Below, in pieces: positions 57,801-64,000 of a stretch of 64,000 bases of DNA (within the stretch, counting starts at the first letter, position 1; every line of letters begins with the position of its first letter). Source of the stretch: a virus. The notes beneath the pieces were generated by a model, which worked only from the letters and a program-made list of their open reading frames with translations, was not told the origin of the DNA and did not search any database. The position numbers and the translations under genes were made by a program. The DNA is taken from IMG/VR virus record IMGVR_UViG_3300042691_023046, positions 19,729-83,728 of that record. The stretch is one strand, 5' to 3'.

Positions 57801-60800
57801 TATGAAACAAGAATTAAAAGATGCTATGGTAGCTCAACATGGTATTTATTTAAAAAGTTTAGGTATTAATGCTAAAACTAGAAAAATAGGTATTGATAAA
57901 GATGGTAATGAGTTTTTAGTAGATGACTTTGATACTGATAGTGAATATAATGATAAATTAGAAAATAATGATATAAACGCTTATGAAAGTTATACTAAAG
58001 GTAGTTCTTATAAAGAAAGTTTTACAAAAAGTGTTTCTAGTAATATGTATAAATCTATTAAGTTTATTATATCTAGTGTAACTGAAACTGTTAAAAATGA
58101 TAAAACAGGTAAAATGGAAATAAGAGCAGTTGATTTTGTTAAATTAGTTAATAAAATAGCTAATTTAAGTGCAGATTCAATAAGTTATGACCAAATGATG
58201 AATAAATTAAAATCTAGTGGTGATGCTCAAATTCAACAAGTAGTACAAAAATTAGGTGTTTGGGAACAAGATTTTAGTTGGAATGAAATAGAACCATTTA
58301 GGTCTTTTAATGAAGTGTTTGCTAAAAATAAAAACAATTTTTTTAAAACATTAAAATATGAAGAAGTATTAAATAATAAAAAAACAGGAACAATAAAATA
58401 CAAAGCTGTTAGTGGTAATACTACTAAAAAAGAAAATAATTTAAAACAAGAATTTTTAAATATTATAAATACTTCAACTGATGGTATTATGATAGATAAA
58501 GGTATTAGAAAAATGATACCTTCAATACAAGAATATAAAATTACTACAGTAGAAAATGCAATTCAAGTTTTAAGTGGTTTAGGTATAGAATATTTTAATA
58601 ATTATTTAGATGAAATAAATGATATAAAAGGTTTTGGTCAAGAGTTAGTAGAATGGGTTAAACAATTACAAAAAGATAATAATTTAATACCTGCTTTTGA
58701 TGGTACAGTAGATAATGCTAGATTAAAAAGAGTATTAAGTTTAGCTGCACAATTAACACCAGAAATTGTTGAAAGTAGTGCTAGTACAGCTACAGGTGTA
58801 ACAGTACATGGTTTACAAAATAATAGTTTTTTTACTGATACTATGAACAGTTTAAAAAACGGTATTATCCCTTCTCATTTAGAAGGAGATATGTATGCTA
58901 CTGATTCAATGATATTAAAAGTAGTAAAAGATAAAACACATACTGTTGAAGTGGGTGTTTTAACAGGTATTACTGATGATATAAATCAAGGTGAAGAAAC
59001 AAGTAGTTTACATTTTAATGATTTCCTTAAACAAGAATTTATATCAGTAATTGATGGAAATTTCCCTTTATTACCTACATCTAGTTTAACTACAGCAAGA
59101 ACATATAGTATTGTTAATAAAAAAAATAATAGAAATATGTTATATTTAGACCCTAAAGGTTTAAGTATGGAAAACATAAAAGCTGAATTAGTTGAAAGAT
59201 TAGTAAGTTATTATGATACAGATAAAAATTTAATTCCTGATGAAGCTAATCAAGGTGAATATATTGTTAATGGTACTGATAAATTAGGTAAAATTACATT
59301 ATTTAATGATATAGTTAAAAGTGATAAAACTAAAGTTGAAGATATAACTGATTATGTAAATCAATTAGTAGATGAAACTATAGAATTTTTAAAAGATAAT
59401 CATATTGTAACAAAAACTTATAATCCTGTTAATACAAATGTTTTAGATAATGTTTTTGGTAAAGGGGTTGATAGTGATACTATAGTAGCTGGTTTTGTGG
59501 CTAATTATATGATTAGTAATATAGAACAAACTAAAGTTATATTTGGACATCCTGCTTTATTTAAAGTAAAAAATGATAAAGTAGATATGATTGATATGTT
59601 AAAAAGATATAGAGGTACAGTAGGTGAAACTACACCTTTAATTATTGATGAAACTGTTAATCAGTGGATGGATAAAAATATGCCTAGATTAGATGGTAAA
59701 ACTAGAACTGTTACAGGAGATAGTAATTTAGATAATACTTTTGCTTTAGTTACAGTTGAAGATGTTAAATCATCATTAGCTGATACAGTAGGAGCAGCAC
59801 AAAAAGAATTAAAAGAATTATATATTGCAGAATATGGTAATAATGAAGAAGCAGATGCTTTTGGGTTAGTATTTGATGATTTTTATAGAGATTTTAGATT
59901 TAGGTCTAATAGATGGGAGCAGTTTGAAAATGATAATTGGGTAAAAGAAAACAATGGAGAAAAACCAGATGATAATTATTTTACACCTCCTTTAAAACCT
60001 TTAATTAATGGTAGTCAATCAAGAAGTACTTTTTTACCTATTTTTGGTAAAACAGCTTTTTTAAGAATTTCAAAATCATTAATAGATAGTTTAACTCAAA
60101 AAGATGATAAAGGTAATTTAATATATCCTCAATTAAAGTATTTAATGGACAATATATCAGAATTAAATAAACAAGGTGTTTATTTAGATGTAGTATTGTT
60201 TAGTTCAGCTACTAAAGTAGGAGCAAAAAAGAATAAAACTACTGGTAAATTACAACCTTTTTATGATAAAGAAGGTAAAATAGCTAAAATTGATACTAAT
60301 TATATAGTAAATGTTCCATTAGAAACTTTAGGTATTATTACTGAAAATAAAATAACAGATGATAAAAAATCAGTTACAGCAGGTTCTCAAGTAGCAGTTA
60401 TTCAATTAGGTAATACTTATAATGAAGGTGTAGCAGTAGATGAAAATATTGTAGTTGATGGTAAAACTATATCAATTAAAGATGCTGTAGAAGAATATCA
60501 AAATGTTCAAAATGAATTAACTGATAGTATTAGACATAAGTTAGAAAAAGATTTAGATATTGTACATACAGCTCAAGGTACTAAATTTAAAAATAATGGT
60601 TTAAAATTTAAAAATTTCTTATATTCACAAATTAATGATACTAGACATTCACAAAATAACATAGAAGGTTTAGAAGAAGCTTTAAGAGAATTAAATGAAA
60701 CTAATGATATAGTATTAGAAAGTTTAGTTAATTATAAAAAAATAGAAAATGTTTTATCTTCTATAGTTGAAAGTAGAATAGTAGCACAAAAAAGATTTGG

Positions 60801-63450
60801 TAAAGCTATGGTTCAATTTCCTTCATCTGGTTTAGAATTACAAGCTAGAAAATATGATGAAAAAACAGATACTTATATAGCTAATGGTTTAGAATTTTAT
60901 ACTAATAAAGATGGTAAACATGTAATACAAGTTTATTTACCTTATTATTTTAAAGGTGTTCCTATGACTATTGATAAATATGATAGTAAACTTAAACAAA
61001 TGTTTGGTTTTAGGATTCCTACAGAACAATTAAATTCTATAGATGTTATAGAAGTAGTTGGTTTCTTACCAAAAAGTTATGCTAATACAGTTATTGTACC
61101 ATCAGGAATTTCAACTAAAGTAGGTTCAGATTTTGACTTTGACAAGATTAATATATATTATCCTAATTTTGATGAAAACAATAAATATATTGAATATAAT
61201 GAAGAAAATTTAAATAATGGTTATTTAAGAACTAGAGCTTTACAAAATAGATTATTAGAATTATCAATTGGTATTGTAAGTGCTGATTTTAGAAAAATAC
61301 AACATTTACAACCTAATAGTGTTAAGCAAATTAAAGATGTAGTTGTAGCTAATATTAGAAAAGCTAAAAATAAACTAGGTATAAATGAAAAAGATTATAC
61401 TGATTATAAATTAAGTGATTTATTTTCATTTAAAGTTATATCTGATTTAAAAAATAAATTTTGGTATGGTAAAAGTTTAGTTGGTATGGCTGCTTTACAT
61501 AATAAAAATCATATATTTGGTCAAATAGCAGGTTTAGAATTAAATGGAATATTTAAAGATAAACCTGTAGATATTAATTTTCAAGGTATTGATAAAAATG
61601 ATAAAGGTAACTACCCATTAGGTAAAATAAATGATACAGATGGAAATTTAATAACTGCTACATTAGGACAAACAGTTTCAGTAGTAGTAGATATAGAAAA
61701 AAATCCAGATATTTTACCTGTATTAAATTTAAATTCCGATACTATAAATACAGCAATGTTATTAAATAGATTAGGAGTTTCATCTGAAAATGTATATTAT
61801 TTTTTATCACAACCTGTTTTAATGGAGTATGTAGATTTAATACAAAAAGGTAATTTATCAAAATCAGAAATAAAAAAGAACTTACAAGATAAATATAAAA
61901 AAGAAGTAAAAGATAAAAGCACATGGTTGTTTACTAAAGAACAATTATTAAGTTATGATAGTAAATATCAAGCACAAGTGTTTGCTGATTTTTTAAATTA
62001 TGAAGAATTAGGTAATGAATTAAGTAATTTTCAATCATCAGTTTCATTTGACACAAAAGGGTTTAGAAATAATGTAGAATTAAAACTTAATATTAATAAA
62101 TATAATAAAGCTAAAGATAATGAATTATTTGTAAATAGAGATAAATATATAGATAGTTATTTAAAAGGTTTTATTGATAATGTATCAGCTACAACTAATT
62201 ACTGGAATAGTTTATTTTTAACTCAAAGATTACCACAAGAAATAGATGAACAGATAACAAATTTTTATAACAACTTTTCAGAAAAATGGGGTAAAAATGA
62301 AAAAAAAGTACAACTTGCTATGTTATTTAAAGAAGATTTATTATCTTACATGCTTCAAAGAGCAGAAACTAATAATGGTAAAATGGTTGATAAATATGAT
62401 TATTTATTTAAAGGTGAAAATTCATTACCTAAACGATTATCTAAATTTATTAAAAATAATCCTCAATTTATAAATTTAAGAACAATTGTTCCTATTTTGA
62501 CTAATACAGAAAACGAGTTAAAAGAAACTAAAGATAATTTAAAAATTAATAATAAAAAATTATCACCACAAGAAATAGATAATATAGCAGATAATATAAA
62601 AGATATTATAAATTTAGATATGCAGTTAGCTTTAGATTTATTTGATTTTCAAATAATGCAGTCAGGTTTTAATACTACAACTTTATCATATTTAAGTGTA
62701 TTACCAAATATTAATAAAAATGTACAAACTGGACAACCTATGTTTGGTTTTAAAAATTACATTTCTAATTTATTTAGTAATTTTAACATGAATGAATTAG
62801 ATTTTGAAGAATTTAAAACATTGTTTTATTTAAATAATTATACTAATGAAATATTAGTACCTTTTTTAAAGAAAAATGTAAGTTATGAAAATGGATTTGC
62901 TGAATATTATTATGTTATAAATCCTAATACAGGTTTATTAACAGTACCAGAAAATAGAAGAAATAATGAAGCAGTTAAAACTGGTAATAAAGAAGAAGGT
63001 ATTACTATTTGGGTAAGTGTAGAAAAAACTGATGCTGATGGTAATATTATAAATAAAGGTTTATATAGACCTTTACAACCTAGAGGTTCAACTAGAATAG
63101 GTAAAGATTATAGACCATTGCAAAAAACTATAACTAAACCTACTAATTTAGAAAAAACTACTAATAAAACAGTTGAAAATAATCAACCTACTTCTTTACC
63201 TTTAGAAGCAAAAAAGAGAATTGTTCAAGAATTAGCTAGTTATTATAATAGTTTAAGTGTAACTAGAAAATTAGAATTAAAACAAAAAATAATGCTAACA
63301 GGTGATACTAATATTATCAATGATGTTGAAGATTTTAAAATGTACAGTATGGATATTATAAGTGCTGTTTTAATAAAATCGCCTAATATAACTGAATCAG
63401 ATTTAAAAAAAGAAGTAAGTGAAACTTTAAAAAAATGCTTTAAAGGATAA
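51889..63450 (+). CDS. Giant virion-packaged RNA polymerase (two-barrel type) with zincin-like domain
   Basis: GFRIPTE (~61007) and GSDFDFDK (DFDFD 61129-61143) catalytic motifs; HEAFH...EEMLADDF zincin-like motif at 57298; N-terminal membrane-like helices and coiled coil. Confidence 0.92.
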   Translation: MPKTPEKSRRIGIIPIDNYNPKSNVVKNTISPDLGNLSKVKDYGFDTSLFGETSLNNLNEPLALNQSFLERRARNLSRGLATFGTAAAETIGTIASLPYALSKIGTEEGFIEGLTNNSLMKGIETLHEDILQNQELYYTQDELNDKTISGWLTSGQFADDGVQGLAFLASQFIPMKLIGSLSKSATFLSKIGKSGKILQESGVVSKLLEAKTLKQLSNLSQAEKAAMAAEGIDLVKLQNTIGNIQRINQKVGLGVGAIVGRLGESAMERNQTYNEIYKQQIESGVSEDEAKQIAISQSNNVFLGNLALAALDYQQYTSMFGAFSKSGKKEVISNVTDDATKLLFKDGEKLAAKQLSKAEKLSNYLWGIGKMSSSEAYEELQQYSFQEVAKNAALKYNKTDYTDDILNFLSESIGDLPKSISTLEGQKAAILGGLLGGGMTAINTIGQQTQKQEIANSIATDYNNNAIYEKEKLDPTKRYIKDAEGRTVLNNEYLSGLNRYTQIEERKAIAAKQKDFITWDKLNNLQLFGQVESYKNAGMIEDLKSKYEEYKDLTNEELATQLNTTVDNIQDSRKTTEEILTKIDNYSNLLDNVNSDPTLGALNKDAQKVAATKLFNYEENKHQLNKINSKLLELDAKNTTFIDNTTFDSETDLQQLGNRQSKYESLEGLNPSEQVEYKNLKQQKEDIIKENKEVLNWFTKVRKTDNLIKFNQGIDDFSATKKEELVQSKKDAILQSQSANDFYNDNIIKDNDGFDSSEIELWSDNSNVPISFSLDENDKTVLKSKDGFNLKLDDFLANTAANEGKYVQIDENGEQGSFTVKINPVNSIRTNRINKQEIEKTEAAIQALEIAREDLNRSINNIENNSFTKLQNAYKKLDVLTKKLSLFSNNYKQTREEVIALVKEKQELENQITELEKEVNASEINYSNVLEGLDYLKTQRDKITNQINILKKEISVAKQKKGVRYKSEFFDKYNKQLTTTNGLIKDIEDIVNDLQTSIKEKKEYLGNLYKVLEAINQFIEKSLYDMIGENNIINQILNDKGINTTTDLVNWFKNYNDGYKTNSKAEQTEFIETFVEVLGIIKDSDLKKYTNELNKLKREIKALETEIDKINDNKEYKLLKTNSKRFEKVLKDYSDILANKQRVKTVVNKGEETILVSEAKDYDEGKDIAVYGMFLTAGNDLPTYKEVGNKEAVKTLNPNPDQNNFFRWLEHESHNYKPSQLQLMTVHINDSVYGKGKKDSIFNDITDDSQYDNVDNIRLILIDKSTGKPITYLNGLPVSTNLRTSENLNFSNGAGKYYSSEFEKGSKEYKEQIKNAQIELEKIRTLIKENPNKNYFTNVTELNRGRTVNNDKPTTIVGSLIKDLSDKETNKIEIVPVTIAVQKGKRFVDIPLGHVVIKDTNSDNNFTTAITRKLNTNEANTVLFLVKQYIKTYNETIGSDEIKHKAANVLNPSNTSKTNTDWSVLTYIKNIVYLNSKSINPISIESGKLFINDKLIEVEELLSGELDQSIITHLLQKPLQVNTNANVNNKKYQEAVLENGKIKIYNHPSYKHYLLTGTKDAQGNLINEAPLKVMVKPNINPSQADIATKGEIRRFVNGSIAFSKDFVAAGEKTTENSVKKVDFTKPDLTETISTETNDKTTKTYSSDKGDITLTYEGDKLTNILIENNETAEHNTNILNQVLTKEGGQKQVENLLKTFNAVEITEKFEEKEVEVIPFVNALNINFDEIETKIVDKTKLPLLDKVYSNNGTLINLDEARQNLANLLGIDFEEINGELIDGIAGGRILQDGRILLSSLAEKGTEFHEAFHRVSQFMIKPEQKQKLYDEYRKRTGFNGNNKATEEMLADDFMDYMLDGSKNIPTIEKSLFNKIIDFISKIFNLNNQYKTNDNIYNLFESIKRGEFKNQPMINTSMDYMMLNSVQHDKALQLHAFFTEVLLDPAYKGKALYKLSHEGINSLEPFYTYIFDNYYQPMKQELKDAMVAQHGIYLKSLGINAKTRKIGIDKDGNEFLVDDFDTDSEYNDKLENNDINAYESYTKGSSYKESFTKSVSSNMYKSIKFIISSVTETVKNDKTGKMEIRAVDFVKLVNKIANLSADSISYDQMMNKLKSSGDAQIQQVVQKLGVWEQDFSWNEIEPFRSFNEVFAKNKNNFFKTLKYEEVLNNKKTGTIKYKAVSGNTTKKENNLKQEFLNIINTSTDGIMIDKGIRKMIPSIQEYKITTVENAIQVLSGLGIEYFNNYLDEINDIKGFGQELVEWVKQLQKDNNLIPAFDGTVDNARLKRVLSLAAQLTPEIVESSASTATGVTVHGLQNNSFFTDTMNSLKNGIIPSHLEGDMYATDSMILKVVKDKTHTVEVGVLTGITDDINQGEETSSLHFNDFLKQEFISVIDGNFPLLPTSSLTTARTYSIVNKKNNRNMLYLDPKGLSMENIKAELVERLVSYYDTDKNLIPDEANQGEYIVNGTDKLGKITLFNDIVKSDKTKVEDITDYVNQLVDETIEFLKDNHIVTKTYNPVNTNVLDNVFGKGVDSDTIVAGFVANYMISNIEQTKVIFGHPALFKVKNDKVDMIDMLKRYRGTVGETTPLIIDETVNQWMDKNMPRLDGKTRTVTGDSNLDNTFALVTVEDVKSSLADTVGAAQKELKELYIAEYGNNEEADAFGLVFDDFYRDFRFRSNRWEQFENDNWVKENNGEKPDDNYFTPPLKPLINGSQSRSTFLPIFGKTAFLRISKSLIDSLTQKDDKGNLIYPQLKYLMDNISELNKQGVYLDVVLFSSATKVGAKKNKTTGKLQPFYDKEGKIAKIDTNYIVNVPLETLGIITENKITDDKKSVTAGSQVAVIQLGNTYNEGVAVDENIVVDGKTISIKDAVEEYQNVQNELTDSIRHKLEKDLDIVHTAQGTKFKNNGLKFKNFLYSQINDTRHSQNNIEGLEEALRELNETNDIVLESLVNYKKIENVLSSIVESRIVAQKRFGKAMVQFPSSGLELQARKYDEKTDTYIANGLEFYTNKDGKHVIQVYLPYYFKGVPMTIDKYDSKLKQMFGFRIPTEQLNSIDVIEVVGFLPKSYANTVIVPSGISTKVGSDFDFDKINIYYPNFDENNKYIEYNEENLNNGYLRTRALQNRLLELSIGIVSADFRKIQHLQPNSVKQIKDVVVANIRKAKNKLGINEKDYTDYKLSDLFSFKVISDLKNKFWYGKSLVGMAALHNKNHIFGQIAGLELNGIFKDKPVDINFQGIDKNDKGNYPLGKINDTDGNLITATLGQTVSVVVDIEKNPDILPVLNLNSDTINTAMLLNRLGVSSENVYYFLSQPVLMEYVDLIQKGNLSKSEIKKNLQDKYKKEVKDKSTWLFTKEQLLSYDSKYQAQVFADFLNYEELGNELSNFQSSVSFDTKGFRNNVELKLNINKYNKAKDNELFVNRDKYIDSYLKGFIDNVSATTNYWNSLFLTQRLPQEIDEQITNFYNNFSEKWGKNEKKVQLAMLFKEDLLSYMLQRAETNNGKMVDKYDYLFKGENSLPKRLSKFIKNNPQFINLRTIVPILTNTENELKETKDNLKINNKKLSPQEIDNIADNIKDIINLDMQLALDLFDFQIMQSGFNTTTLSYLSVLPNINKNVQTGQPMFGFKNYISNLFSNFNMNELDFEEFKTLFYLNNYTNEILVPFLKKNVSYENGFAEYYYVINPNTGLLTVPENRRNNEAVKTGNKEEGITIWVSVEKTDADGNIINKGLYRPLQPRGSTRIGKDYRPLQKTITKPTNLEKTTNKTVENNQPTSLPLEAKKRIVQELASYYNSLSVTRKLELKQKIMLTGDTNIINDVEDFKMYSMDIISAVLIKSPNITESDLKKEVSETLKKCFKG

Positions 63451-63454
63451 AAAT

Positions 63455-64000
63455 ATGAAATGTATAAATAGAAATCATCCAAATTATATAGCTATAGCTA
63501 AAAGTTTAAATAACGCTGTAGCAGCTAACATGTTAATTAACAAATGGCAAGAAGAAACAAGTAATGATAATATTATTCCAACTATTAGTGAATTTAATAG
63601 TTGGAAAGAATTAGCACCTACTGAAACAGCTTTTACATTAAATAATGATTTATTAGAAAATGTACTTGTAAAAGGTAATGAACAATTATATAAAGATAAT
63701 AATTTATTAGCTGCTGACGGTCAACTTAAAAATTTAAGTAATTTAAATAAAAAAGCTTTAGATAAATGGGTTGACGAATTAAATATTAAAACTGAATATA
63801 AAGGTAAATATCATTTTAAAGTAAGTTATATGCCTAGTGGTACTAAAATCCTTATACAAAAATATAAAGATAATAAAGCATCACAATTAGAAACAAAAGG
63901 AGTACCTGATGAACAGTTACATGAGTTAATGCAACAATTTTGTGATAAATTAGGTATTAATGTTAATATAGTTGATGCTGTTGATAGAGATGGAAATCTA
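63455..64000 (+). CDS. Large cargo-type protein, N-terminus (runs off window)
   Basis: Manual translation MKCINRNHPNYIAIAKSL...KWQEETSNDNIIPTISEF, open to window end. Confidence 0.7.
   Translation, partial: MKCINRNHPNYIAIAKSLNNAVAANMLINKWQEETSNDNIIPTISEFNSWKELAPTETAFTLNNDLLENVLVKGNEQLYKDNNLLAADGQLKNLSNLNKKALDKWVDELNIKTEYKGKYHFKVSYMPSGTKILIQKYKDNKASQLETKGVPDEQLHELMQQFCDKLGINVNIVDAVDRDGNL

Noticed and set aside
1-64000. Stop-codon reassignment (TAG=Gln or TGA=Trp) as in some crAss lineages
   Set aside because: Long genes are intact under the standard code, and TAG ends well-formed genes (e.g. MCP 32514, 35423, 24203, 20917)

Overview
Very AT-rich segment of a crAss-like (Crassvirales-type) podophage genome. 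A Bacteroidota host is inferred from TAnnTTTG -7 promoter boxes and A-rich starts without Shine-Dalgarno motifs. The standard genetic code applies, with TAG used as stop. Two divergent arms meet at an A-tract-rich non-coding switch (~19.5-19.9 kb). The minus arm (1-19.5 kb) holds replication and early genes: DnaB start, SF2 helicase, Rieske-domain protein, 3D-domain protein, amidoligase-like protein, histone-H1-like protein, rIIA-like GHKL ATPase and many small ORFs. It also holds two aberrant tRNA-like elements and a ~1.5 kb gene-free array of stem-loop cassettes, each closed by its own terminal inverted repeats. The plus arm (19.9-64 kb) starts with RepL and a cluster of small ORFs. Some of these resemble isolated fragments of terminase or capsid proteins, and others resemble nucleotide-signal sponges. 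Then come GroES-like and IHF-like genes, terminase, portal, MCP (followed by an anticodon-less tRNA mimic), ring/tail genes, lysis genes, muzzle, cargo proteins and a 3853-aa virion RNA polymerase (DFDFD). The best candidates for new biology are the structured ncRNA cassette array with tRNA mimics and the putative decoy/sponge anti-defence island. All family assignments come from motif recognition by eye, not database searches.
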